Made by a program: the position numbers and the translations under genes
The notes under the pieces: generated by a model
Database searches by the model: none
Seen by the model: only the letters and a program-made list of their open reading frames with translations
What the model was told of the DNA's origin: nothing
Assembly: GCF_964355755.1 (NCBI RefSeq)
Contig: NC_092677.1
Location: 27,825,175 to 27,889,174 of the forward strand
Direction: 5' to 3'
DNA from: Antedon mediterranea
Lineage: Eukaryota; Animalia; Echinodermata
DNA: 64,000 nt
Part shown: positions 39,001 through 50,115 of the stretch, in pieces
Layout of the letters: every line of letters starts with the position of its first letter
Numbering within the stretch: position 1 is the stretch's first letter

Positions 39001-42000
39001 TAATGATAGCGTATTGTACTTACGAGTGGCACAGAATTGACCAGTGAAACAATTTGGACAGACACATGTATATCCAGAACAATCTGAATCAGGTACGCAT
39101 GCGCCGCCATTTTGACACTGATGGTTTTCACATGGTGGTATCATCTCTGAAATCAATTGATTCGTTTATATGTTATTTTTTTTTTTCATTTATGACAAAA
39201 AATACTTTCACAGAGACCTGGGCCGAATTGCATACACTTGTGACCATATAACTTAATATTTATATACCAATAGGCCTACTATATAATGAATATGAATATA
39301 ACAAATAATATTTTAAAATAAAATTTCACAATATCATCCATTGTAACAAACAGGAAACTGACAGATACTACTGAAAATAATTGAAATGAGGTGTGCGGCA
39401 GGGTGAGATTACTAACCTATTTCACATCGAGATCCAGAAACACACGATGAAGTACATGAACAAATGAAACTATTAGACTGAGCCACACAAACACCATCAC
39501 TGGAACAAGGATTTGATTCACATGGATCCACAACTAAAATAATAAATATGTAATGGTAAAACATAAATATGGAAACAATTCAGTGTCCGTTCAATCACAA
39601 CGGTTCAAAATAATAAAATCAGGTACCATAAAACCTCGAAAGAAGCCCTCTGGCCCCACCTATTTATTTTTCCCCCTAAAGATGCCCATCTTTAAAGATT
39701 TAAGCCCCTCTCTTTAGTTTACAAAATCGAGAACAGAAGCGCCACCAAGTTATGGTCTTTTTTATTTATTTATTTATTTATTTATTCGACTTCTCACTAA
39801 CACAGTTAGTGAAGGATCTGGACCAACTCTAAAACGGTCCAGTCCCAATTTGCAGTGGCTGTGTGTGACAGTGGCTGTGTTTGTGTGAACTAGTACACCG
39901 GGGTAGCCCCCTACTCGTCTCGAAAGATGTACTAGGTTCTTTAAAGTGCGCATGAGCTACGTGTACACTGGACCTACGGTTTATAGTCCTTATCCAAGAA
40001 GACTCGTTCTACCACCAGAACCATGGAGCGAGTGAGCCTCGAACCCTTGCCGATGTTATGGCTACGTAATTACGGTTCCACTGTCTTAACCGCTCGGCCA
40101 CTCACTCTTTAAAGTTGTTACGGTATTAAGCTTATAGCACGTAAACAAACGGGCATTATATTTTAAATATGCATTTACTTTACAGGTGTGTGTGCAATCT
40201 AGGTATTTCGCGCGTAGACTGTGATAATCGTGTCCTATTTTACGCATGTATCTTGTGGTATGCTTAATATTTTGACTAATTCAATTGAATATTTATAATG
40301 TCCACTACTATGTTTACCCATGTAGAATAATTCTGTGATAATAGATATGAAATACAATACATTGGAACTCACCGAGTTGACATTGTGGACCGTTGAAACC
40401 AGAGGGACAAGCACAGAGATAATGGTTACCAGAAGGTGTGCACACGCCACCATTTAGACACGGGTTGTCCGTGCAACCTGAAAGATAATTCAATTCATAT
40501 AAATTGTTATTCTCTTGGTTGTTAAGACGTCCGGTGACCAGTGCAAAAACTTAGAACCTACTAAAATGTAGAATTCAGATTTAGTAGCCTACAGTCCCAT
40601 ACATGCGGTCTCTGTCTCCGCACATTGTTGTTGTATACTTCTTAAACTGCTGCTGAGCTCGCTCTATGCTTAATTTTCCACTGCAAATACTGTTATTACG
40701 TACGTCATAAGGTTATTCAAAGCGAAACTTTACGAATGGTTGCATGCAATGATAGGAGTGCTGTGGACAATTACCAGACAAGCACAACATTTCAATCTGT
40801 TTCAATGTGGAAATACAAACAAATCGCTCGGTTTATTTATCAGAAAGAAAGTTTTTGAACGATTATGTATTGTAAATATAGTTTGCAATTCAGCCAGACA
40901 GCAGTGTTTTATTTTCTTTGTAATTTTGCTTGTTTCAATAAAAAAATCCATTATATATTGTCTTTAGTGATAAAAGTGAAAATTAATGAATATAGTAATT
41001 GTTTTCCGATTTTCTTCCAAGCGGCTTTCTAAATGTAGGCCTAATTATCTATCTCACTGCAGTACTTCTACGACTTTTATCAAACCCGGACGCCGCACCC
41101 GCGGACGCAACGCAACGACGTCGTTCGTAAGCACAACGCAAGTAATTTGACAAATCACAAGCGATGGATACAAACTGTCGTTTGTCATTAGTCAATTCGC
41201 TTCTTGCGTTGTGGGCTTACGTTATTGCGTTGTGTCACGGATGTAGGCCTACGCTAAACGAAAGTAATTTGATAACGTCATAATCTGTTGCTTGTGATTG
41301 GACAAAGTACTTGCGTTCCGTTCAATGGTAAACTTTCACAACTTATATTTAGGTTTACTCAAATACCAGATTTCAACTCATCCTTAAAAATCAATTGATA
41401 CATTCGTGTCTATTCATGGTGGTATTTTGTCAGCGATAAATAACTGTTTATTGTGAAAATATAAATCAGAAACGATATAGATATATAATAAATACATTTT
41501 CTATAAAGAAATATTGTCAACATTATAAGTAAAGATTGATTCTCACTAGAGACGCAACGCAAGCGAATTGACAAGCGACTGTTGTTAGAATAATCCATTG
41601 CTTGTGATTTGTCAAATCACTTTGCGTTACGTCCTTGCGTTGCGTTTCTCGTGAAAACCAAGCTTAATAAAAGCTAATAATACATTTAAGTTTATATAAA
41701 ATAACAAAATATTGATACTGGCTGACCTGGTGGACATTCAAACATTATATCGCCAACTTGACAAAGGCAAATATACGACGAATCACTGGAAATTGAACAT
41801 ATTCCATTGGTGTTACATGGAGAACTTGCACACGGTGAAACAGATGCTGTAAAATAAATAAAATAATTAAAATAGACAATAAAACATTTACAGATGTGTC
41901 TAGTTGCTTGTCGTCTCACTAGGACACAATGCAGCAAGGGTGTAGCGCAACGTAAGTGAGTTGACCAATCACAAGTGATGGATTATTCGTGCTGTCGCTT

Positions 42001-42276
42001 GTCATTTGTCAACACGCTTGCGCTGCGTTTACGTCTTTGCGTTACGTCTTAGTGGCAACCAAGCTTAAGAGTCGGCGCGTAAAACGTTGTGATAATCTGT
42101 CTGTTTTACGCGCGCATGCATGTTTGTTATCTTAATGTTTTGATCAATACAAAACAATACATGCATCCAAAGTCAAGTTACATTGCGTAGATTTTTGAAT
42201 AAAGATTATTCTTACCTTGACCAATAACGACATCAACAATCGCAAGAAAGACAACTACAGAAATTGACGACATCAT
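21081..42276 (-). CDS. Type I membrane multi-EGF protein: signal peptide, 29 EGF exons (one with a stop), basic cleavage motif, TM helix, 11-aa tail
   Basis: Signal exon 42216-42276 ([20 protein letters not shown]). Phase 1-1 EGF exons: 41727-41846, 40373-40477, 39417-39533, 39024-39146, 38797-38913, 38234-38356, 37864-37983, 37540-37671, 37100-37222, 36453-36578, 36164-36286, 35793-35927, 35422-35556, 33514-33636 (internal TGA), 33153-33275, 32721-32840, 32251-32388, 31678-31800, 31320-31442, 30831-30950, 29919-30041, 29436-29561, 27823-27963, 27257-27376, 26638-26766, 25694-25825, 25269-25433, 22557-22706, 21936-22055. Then 21678-21704 (GRKKKREIN) and 21081-21247 ([32 protein letters not shown]). 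All internal exons are GT-AG with lengths divisible by 3. Confidence 0.9.
22952..24002. mobile_element. Non-autonomous piggyBac-like DNA transposon
   Basis: TTAA on both flanks (22948-22951, 24003-24006); 14-bp TIR CACTTTGACTGCCA / TGGCAGTCAAAGTG; a 32-bp left subterminal direct repeat; no transposase ORF. Confidence 0.85.
24307..24399. mobile_element. 93-bp near-perfect palindrome (mini-MITE or hairpin element)
   Basis: tatggcgcgccaagctgtcatttattc ... gaataaatgacagcttggcgcgccata gives perfect 27-bp arms, with further inner pairing; gtgttgt is repeated on both flanks. Confidence 0.75.
24945..25242. mobile_element. MITE family A copy, degenerate and interrupted
   Basis: Ends aaagctttgtctacactatcaaact and attgataatgtacagcttt; internal catgatgatgtcatatcacta motif shared with the copies at 50855, 51367 and 56974. 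Confidence 0.7.
26063..26552. repeat. Minisatellite, 49-bp unit, 10 copies, 9 containing TGACGTCA
   Basis: Unit ACTATGACGTCAACATAGAACTCCCTATCTTAACGTAGTACTGTTA(T/C)GC repeated in tandem in an EGF-gene intron. Confidence 0.95.
27985..29012 (-). mobile_element. 5'-truncated L2-clade LINE in an EGF-gene intron
   Basis: ORF 28301-28990 has L2 ORF2 C-terminal motifs ([36 protein letters not shown]). The 3' end reads gcgccttgagcac...gtgcgctataaaaatc followed by (TTA)n. Confidence 0.9.
30304..30808. repeat. Minisatellite, 24-bp unit with two interspersed variants, about 21 copies
   Basis: CCTGCCATCAAGGCAGAC followed by TAACGT or CAGGAT; each unit holds the inverted repeat CTGCC-ATCAA-GGCAG. Confidence 0.96.
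31821..32046. mobile_element. MITE family B
   Basis: Ends ttaagcttgggttctcactag and ctagtgggaaccaagcttaa; related degenerate copies at about 41535-41668 and 41910-42068. Confidence 0.72.
33514..33636 (-). pseudogene. Disabled duplicate EGF exon (pseudo-exon)
   Basis: In-frame TGA at 33575-33577 where sister exons have GGA (Gly); donor GTGACT versus GTGAGT or GTAAGT in sister exons. Confidence 0.75.
33783..35363 (-). mobile_element. Non-autonomous Helentron/HINE-like rolling-circle element, copy 1
   Basis: On the minus strand: 5' subterminal IR TAGGTGATCATTT with an adjacent inverted copy, a microsatellite-like tract, 3' AAAATGATCACCTA, stem-loop AATTCGTCA-AAG-TGACGAATT and terminal CTAG. 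No TSD. A second copy lies at 43724-45126. Confidence 0.78.
35424..36165. repeat. Essentially identical 371-bp tandem duplication of one EGF exon plus intron
   Basis: 35424-35794 matches 35795-36165 through both exon and intron by eye. Confidence 0.92.
38405..38714 (-). mobile_element. Full-length tRNA-derived SINE with Deu/Nin-like central domain
   Basis: Minus strand: A box TGGCCGAGCGG, B box GGTTCGAGGC, core GGATAAGGACTATAAACCGTAGGTCC...TTAAAGAACC...GAGTAGGGGGTTACCCCGGTGT, which resembles the DeuSINE/AmnSINE conserved domain as recalled; (CAAA)n tail. Confidence 0.82.
39762..40107 (-). mobile_element. Same SINE head and core with a different 3' tail
   Basis: 39890-40107 is near-identical to 38492-38710; 39762-39860 is unrelated to the other copies' tail and ends in (TAAA)n. 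Confidence 0.82.
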
Positions 42277-43723
42277 TGTGGATGTTCTACGGTAAAAGAT
42301 GGGTCACCAGTCGACTGCAGCGACTGTTAAAATGCGGAAACCTACTTCGTACCTGGTAGAATTTCTGTCAACGATCGACAACAAAAGAACCTATATGCTT
42401 CATTTTATCTTATGTATTTCATTGTGTTTACTGCACGCCAATTAGCCGATACGAAATTTGTAACGAAACACGATGTAGGAATGACACGCAGAGAGGCGGC
42501 GATTTTACTTTCACAATGGTCGATGATGGAGGTTACTCAATAGAAAGATTGTCATGATTTCAAAGAACCCCATATTGTTAGATAATAATGATGATAATAA
42601 TAAGTAAGGATTTAATTTAGAACGTTATGTAATGCCTACTAAACGTAGCCGATCTGATTCTTTTCTTTTGTTGTAGTTAGCTTTATGTTTCAATCCGCGC
42701 CGCGTAAAATGTGTAAAAGGACGTGCGCGTGCAGGTTTCACCAAACTTTTCAATTGTGCGCATGTGGGACAATCACAGCCCTGATTTATTTGCTATCTTG
42801 AGAAAGGCACCCATAATATGTGGAAATAAGACAACTTTAGACCAATGCGCATATATAAACATAAACATTAAACGCTTAAAGGGGACAGAGGTGACCTAAA
42901 CTGCAGTAAATAGAAAAAGATAAATTCATCAAGAAAACGGAAATAGACAGAAATTACTAACAATGAATTTAAATGCCTGGGCATTTGTGTAATTTGATAA
43001 CATACAATGTGTGTCTTACACAATGAAATTAGTTACTCTTTCAACCAATGTATTGCATCCTGTATAACTAGTTTAATATTAAAGAATCACATTTTATTAT
43101 TGAAACTCATATGATAATAAAATAAGCATAACAAACAGCTAGGATTTCTAGAGAAGTTTTGAGTTACACTTTGTCACGAACTCAGTCAGTTTAGATTGTG
43201 AAACTCAAAAGATATTCTTCGCTTGAGGAACTGTTAACTAAATTTGAAGTAGAGAAGTTTTGACAGAAAACAACCCCGTTGGTTGAGTTTCTAGAAACGT
43301 GTTGATGAACGCAGTACGTTCACACTATGCATTACTTAGTTTTGTTCCGGTTCATTCGATCATATTAGCACTGGCTGGTTAGATGTAAGTCAGGGTTACC
43401 ATCCATTCATAACATGTATTATACAAACATAGCGGCGTCAATAAACCTACAGCATATACATATCTGTATGCATATTCACCCTGGAATTGACCTTACATGT
43501 TCGATAATTTGATTAAGATTAATAAAATATCGAAAACTAATCATAATAAATATGGTATTCTTTTATTAGGACAATGAAACGAAATGACGTTTAAGCGCAA
43601 CGTAAGTTGATTAATCAAAATGGATCATTCGAACAGCTGAAATAGTCTATTTTTTAGTCCATTTATAAACAAACGCAAGACAAACTAAGTTATTAAACCA
43701 GCAACAAATAAATAAAAGATACA

Positions 43724-45126
43724 ACTAGAATTTAATTCGTCACTTTGACGAATTATAGGTGATCATTTTTATCATTTTACTGAAATTAATTTTTTTTAAA
43801 CATGCACGTACGTTAACATACGGTCGGAAAATGTTGATGTATGCCATCCTATTATACGCTTATAGTGCTGAGTTGTGCCTATTATGCCATATACAATATG
43901 TACAGTATATACTGTATATCTATATACAGTGTAGCATAGGTGAAATTACGGGACACACATGTTCTAATTTTTTGGCATGATGACGTTATCAAACTAAACT
44001 TTAAGATGACAATTTCGAAAGATAAGTAATTGAGCAAAAAAATATAAGATTTGGAAAAAAATTTGGCACGTAGAAGCGCTGTGCGCGCTCTTTGAAATGT
44101 GTATAACTTTGAGGAAAAATATGAAAAAAAGGTAACCTTCAATTCTGAAGACCTGTAAGATATTCAAATTTACTGCGAAGGTGAAATTACACGGCCTACG
44201 TTATTCAAGTTTTTACGCGTGATGACGTCATTAAAATGAAAATAGTGTCAACTCATGATAAAGATAATTAATTAAGCAAGCACATACTGACATTTATGCG
44301 AAATTCGAGCACACATAACCAAGATGCGCTCTGTTGAATGTGATAATCTACAGAAAAAGATAACAAATCCTAATTTTTAAATTCAAGTGGCCATTTGATG
44401 ACGTCAAAACATTTTGTACGTAAAATGTGTACATGAATTCATATCTACAACTAAATGGCTTCCAGAATAAGTTAAAAAATCGGGGGTCATCTTGCATTCT
44501 GAAGAATTATTTTCATTTAAAAAAAAACCTATTTTTCACCATTTTCAGAACTTTTGTAAAATTAATGTGCGCATTTTGTCATTTTTAACGTGCGCGTATA
44601 GCGTTATTTTAAGTCGGAACTGACTCAAATTTGGTGAATGTACTAAGGATGGCGAGTAGAATGAGATTTGTAAAAACAAATTTTTGAAACAGGCAAATGG
44701 CCTAATTCATGCTCTAAATTGATCAAAACTTAATTTTGAGCGTTTTAAATTTTTAACACGCGATTTCACGTGCATGACCCTACGTGCGCGTGCGTTTTTA
44801 TTTGCTAATATTTTTACCCTTGACCTGAAGTTTACGTGTAGTGAATTTCATTAATATGTGACAATGAATTATGGAGATATGATTGATAATGTGTTTTCGC
44901 AAAATGGCGTATAAATGACGTCACGGATGAGTGATCACGCTGGAAAGCTTATTAGGATTAAGTTTTATTATTTGAAAGATATTCTGAAATTTTGGTAATC
45001 ATTGACATTAAACTTTTTTAGATAATTGTTACACAAAATAGTGTACAGAAACAATAAAAAGAAAAAAAAATAAAGATTTCATACAATAACAATAGGTGAT
45101 CATTTTATTCTAAATGATCACCTAAT
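43724..45126 (-). mobile_element. Non-autonomous Helentron/HINE-like element, copy 2
   Basis: Same termini and colinear interior as 33783-35363, with internal deletions. Confidence 0.78.
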
Positions 45127-45710
45127 TAAAGCCACACGTACCTCAATTACACAAAATAAATAAGCGACAAGTCATAATCTATTGGATGCCATAGAATTCG
45201 CGATTAATAACCATATAATTTACATAATTTTCAGGTCAAATCAGGTAAACGATGACGATGATTACCTTAATGTTTACCAATATAATATCAAATTGATGGT
45301 AGTAGAGTAATTAAATTACAGTCGTCTTATTAATAAACGGTTAAAGTCTATTTACACGATCTATATTAATAAGCGGTTAAAGTCTATTTACACGATCTAT
45401 AGATATAGAACTTAGCTTGCAGATGTTTGCCTGTAATAAGTATCATGCGTGATGGTAAGTGATTATGACTTAAGTCACGAGTCAAAATCCTTCATGTTTA
45501 TGATGGTCTGAGGTAGGTCTACAACAGTTACCAAGGAATTAATAATCATACATGAGTAAGTATGAAAACGATGTTCTATAGTTTAAGAATGTTTATGATG
45601 ATTATTGGGGGGGGGGGGGGGCGGAGGAGAAAGACTAAGAATGAGGAGAAATACTAACAAAAATATCAAAAGTACGGTAAATTTACAATAGTATACACAC
45701 GGCAACGAAT

Positions 45711-45790
45711 AGCTATAGAATTGGTCTAATGGTTAGGACATCTGCATATCAAGCAGAAGGTTCCGCGTTCGCATTTTGGTTGGGGCGACT
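45711..45790 (+). mobile_element. Degenerate tRNA-like SINE head
   Basis: A-box-like TGGTCTAATGG and decayed B box GCGTTCGCATT; no intact acceptor or T stems. Confidence 0.45.
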
Positions 45791-47619
45791 TTTTCTCATT
45801 CTCACAGATATTTCCTCATCTTTATCGTTACAAATTAATTCATAAAAAATGGGCGGTTTAGAATGAATGTTCTGTGCCTGATCTCTTTATATAAATAACT
45901 TCAATATGAATCAATACAATTTACATTGTATTGTTTTTATATTTTCCCCCCTCAGTCTCTCTCTCTTTTAAAGATGAATTTTAATAACTTTTATTATACC
46001 CAAAATCATTTGCGTTTTTACTTTGATGCATGTAATAAGAATCATTAATTTGTAATTAAACTTTTCTAGGCTTCGCTAGTTGTCGCTCAAATATCATACT
46101 AATTTACTTAAGTAACTGTGCTTAAAATTAGATGTTAACACATTAATGTTAAATACTTCATCGGTAATGACAATTTGGTATAGATAAGTATGTTTATCCG
46201 GTTGTCTTAAATTTGTTACAAATAATGATTAGTGTTCTACTAAATAATTGCTTTGCTTTCCTCTCAGATTAGTTATTCTATCATTTGGAAACAATAAATC
46301 ATAAAAATAATACAGTTTACGAAACAGAACATTTCAGAAGCTTAAGATATTATTATATAGGCTATTTCTGATAGCGTGTTAATAAAAAAATTTATAAATT
46401 ATTCTTTACAAGTATTGTTTAATCATTGTACATAACAACGATTCGGGCTATAATATCTCGAAACTTGTTAGTTAAATGAGATATTGTAAATCAAATATTT
46501 TACATGCATTCAATTTGTTACGGTATTGTATCTTAATGTTTATGACTGGTTCGAGATCGGTAGCTTACAGTGAGAAAACGATTCATATCGACATTTTAAT
46601 TTGTTTTGAATTTATAATTCTGTAATAAAACATTATCTTAAAATAATAAATATACTATCGACGTCTTCCCAGCTCTTTATTATTTATTGGGTTTCTCAGC
46701 ATTCATACCAAACAATGTAATAGCAACAACAACATTAGTAATATACGTCTGGTAGACATCAGAGATAACAAGGCCATATACAGTAGTCGCGCGCTCAAGT
46801 TAGTGTTTACCGACCAACCGACCGACCGACTGACATAGTGAGCTGTAGACTAAAAAAACACTATGTTTTAGCGAGGTTCCTCAAACGTTCCACAAGCTAT
46901 AAATCCTTATTAAGGTTGTTACACTGTGAAACAAACGATATATTTAACCGCGTTGTTCACGAACAACTCTTAATACGACGTGGGTAATTTATTGGATCTC
47001 TCACTGTACTGTACATGATTATTATAATAGTTATTAATTCAAAAGATCATCATATTATAAATAAGAAACCCCAGAGAAAAGTCATGTTCTATAAACGCTT
47101 CTAAGAATGTTCTTAGATTTCCCGTAAGTAATTTTTGTTCAATTCAAATAATACTAATTTGGATAAAATGCTAGAATAAGATCCGGACAAATCGATGTGC
47201 TACTTTTAGTGATTACTTTTTACACAAAATCTATCGAATCAACAAATAAGAACTAATTATAATATTCTGGAAAAAAAATTAAACAATGTAACTTAAAACA
47301 TTACATTAAAAAAAGATCAATAAAATTAATTACAATACAATGTTGTTTCTTTTCAGAAAGATTTCAAATTAATCTGATGATACAGAGAGGACAATAATCG
47401 CACAGCAAAATGGATCATAAAGTAGTTTGTTACAAGTGAAGCCAGGCTATAAATTGATGCAATAATTATACATTAACTCCTTCGATAGGTATACACTTAT
47501 TAAAACCCTTTAATTCCAATTTCGATCAGTTTGTTGAACATCATCAGTAAACTAACCGTAGAACTTGCCGTAGTGGATTCATATCGGTTTAATATCAGTT
47601 TCAGTTTCAGTTTTTATTT

Positions 47620-48105
47620 TCCAATATAAACAAGTGTAATGAGTATATGCAAAAATGGAAGGATGACCAAACAAAGAGCAAAGCTCGTACAGTATTTGGC
47701 CACCTTAACAAAATAATTAATACATGATACAAACATAATTGAAGCACAGGACGAGACAATACTAGCTAAACATGTTGGCATATGAACTCAAAGATAGTGC
47801 GATAAAACCAAAAAAAGCAAAAGAACAATGTAAATGTAAACATGTTTGTAACACTCATTGATAAGTTAAGAGCAAATTATTTTTATACAACTTTTTAAAT
47901 ACTTTGACAGATGATGCATTACGAATAGAAGCATCAATACTGTTCCATAAAATTGGACCATGTCCTCAGATAGTGTTTCTACCCATATCGGTAACAAAAT
48001 TATAAGGACGATAAGTATCAAAGGACCTATGCCATAATTATGAACTGAGTTTACTCTAACAAAATAATTAGAAAAGTTAGCTGGTAATAAATTATTCTTA
48101 AATTT
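47620..48105 (-). mobile_element. 3' fragment of a CR1/L2-group LINE abutting the GPCR coding region
   Basis: FKNNLLPANFSNYFVRVNSVHNY resembles LNSILPSHFDDLFSFNLNFHNH of the 14029-14451 LINE fragment; similar 3' UTR motif (gcaaagct.gta). Confidence 0.65.
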
Positions 48106-48182
48106 GGACCGGCAGCAGTAAAGTACGTCGTTATACCGATAAACAAATTTTGTGTCAACGTGGAGCTCCAAAAACGATAAAA

Positions 48183-49289
48183 ATGTCCACCAATAACTCG
48201 ACTATTTTACCAAGCAATGTTGATAATGTTGGTTTCTCTACTGTATTTGGAATAAACACTCCGTCAATCAATGGAAGCGGCTTAAATGACGACGGCGGCG
48301 GCGACTATTCATTTTACGCATTCCCGCTACCATCAGCAATTGTACTATCGTTCATTTTGTTTTCGTTGTGCGCTGTAACTATATTTGGAAATCTTCTGGT
48401 GATACTTAGCTTCATCACAGATGTCAATATCAGAAAGCGATACGACAACTGGTTCATTTTAATGCTGTCTGTAGCGGACCTTATCGTAGGCGCAATCTCC
48501 TTACCGCTCAACTCGCTCTGGGTTCTGAGCGATCATTGGCCGTTTGGCAAGAGTGTATGTCAGTTCTTTCTTGTAGCGGACTACATCGCATGCTTCATGT
48601 CTGTCATATCAATGGTGTTTATCAGTTTGGACCGTTATTGGCTCGTTACGAAAGAGTTAAAATATTTTAAATTCCAGAGTCTGACACGCGTCTTAATCAT
48701 GATAATATCCAGTTGGACGATGGTGATAACATTTTACTTGTTAACAGTGTTCAAGTGGACGATATGGATTGGTGAAAACTGGGTGGATTATACCCAAGAG
48801 TGCGAATTGGAAGCGCTTGGTAGCGTGGCGTTTAATTCAATTTTGTTTGTAATCGAATTTGTAATTCCATTCACAGCGATTGTCGTTTTTAATGTAATAA
48901 TTTATATTAACATTCGTAAAAGATCGCAAGGTTTGGTTAGTAAAAACCAAGTCGCGTTCGTTTCTGAAAAAAGTAAAAAATCAAACAACACTCAAATGCT
49001 GAACAAGCACAGACGAGCAGCTAAGAATCTATCGATTTTAGTGAGCGCGTTTTTAATTTGCAGACTTCCTCTTTACATCATTTCGATAACGTCAGTGACT
49101 TGTGATGACTGTGTTAGCAACACGGTTTGGGAGTTGGTCAACTATGTACTCTGGTGCAACTCAACCATCAACCCGTTGCTTTATGCCATAACAAAACCAA
49201 TATTTAAAAATAACTTTAAGAAGATCGTCTGCCGTTGTAAAAGATTTAAAACAGATGTAACTAATTTACAGATATCAAATAATTCTTAA
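48183..49289 (+). CDS. Rhodopsin-family aminergic GPCR, histamine H3/H4-like, uninterrupted ORF
   Basis: Seven hydrophobic segments; GN (TM1), LSVAD (TM2), WPFG...C (ECL1/TM3), Asp3.32 in ADYIAC, DRY, EFVIPF (TM5 Glu as in H3/H4), NSTINPLLY. First ATG at 48183; N-terminal N-glycosylation sequons. Confidence 0.92.
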   Translation: MSTNNSTILPSNVDNVGFSTVFGINTPSINGSGLNDDGGGDYSFYAFPLPSAIVLSFILFSLCAVTIFGNLLVILSFITDVNIRKRYDNWFILMLSVADLIVGAISLPLNSLWVLSDHWPFGKSVCQFFLVADYIACFMSVISMVFISLDRYWLVTKELKYFKFQSLTRVLIMIISSWTMVITFYLLTVFKWTIWIGENWVDYTQECELEALGSVAFNSILFVIEFVIPFTAIVVFNVIIYINIRKRSQGLVSKNQVAFVSEKSKKSNNTQMLNKHRRAAKNLSILVSAFLICRLPLYIISITSVTCDDCVSNTVWELVNYVLWCNSTINPLLYAITKPIFKNNFKKIVCRCKRFKTDVTNLQISNNS

Positions 49290-49854
49290 ATTAAGAAAAC
49301 AATTGTGACATTCTATACAAACAAACTTTGGGAAACGTTCCTTGACAAACTGGGATTGTAAATAAAAGTTTGTCAGGGTAGACTAGACTTATATTGAAAT
49401 GTTCTGCTTTCTGTCAGTACAAAAAAAGTGTTGTAATGAAGATAAAATTTGGATTACATTTATTAAAATTTCTATTATATCATATTATATACATTTACAA
49501 TCATTTTTATATACGGCCAATAAGCCTAAATATTTAAATAAATTATAACATTTTCAATTTATTATTAAACAACATTCTATTTATAATTGTGTATAAATAT
49601 AATTAATGTATTAAACTAAAATTAAATATTTGAATTGTATTGTGTTTAACAAAAAGTATGTTTGAAAGTTAAAGCAAAATTAAAAATTTAATGATTTCTA
49701 TCAAGGTTGGAAGGATAAGATAAATGAGACAAAAAAGAATTACCTAAAATGTTCTAAACTGCTTTGAATTACCATATAAGGAGAACGAATCAGACTATCC
49801 TATGACATCATAGTTAACAGAATCAAACGGAAGTACTCAAAATAAAAATGTAAG

Positions 49855-50115
49855 AAAATGACATGTTAGAATTCAATTCAATTAAAATGACATGTTAGAA
49901 AATAATATTTAGGAAAATGATATGTAAGAAAATAATATGTAAGAAAATGATATGCTTAACAATAATATGTAAGAAATTGATGTTAGAAAATGATATGTAA
50001 GAAAATGATGTTAGAAAATGATATGTAAGAAAATGATGTTAGAAAATGATATGTTGAAAATGATATGTAAGAAAATGATATGTTAGAAAATGATCTGTAA
50101 GATAATGTAAGAAAA
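49855..50115. repeat. AT-rich degenerate tandem repeat (AAAATGATATGTAAG-like)
   Basis: Visible 13-15 bp periodicity. Confidence 0.85.

Noticed and set aside
27257-39146. Laminin-type EGF or TB domain as explanation for the 8 cysteines
   Set aside because: Laminin EGF adds its extra pair after C6 in a longer module, and TB domains have a CCC triplet. Here the extras lie inside a 39-47 aa standard EGF frame.
21081-42276. Calling the gene Notch, Delta/Jagged, Crumbs or fibropellin
   Set aside because: No LNR, ankyrin, DSL, laminin-G, CUB or avidin exon was found, and the tail is only 11 aa.
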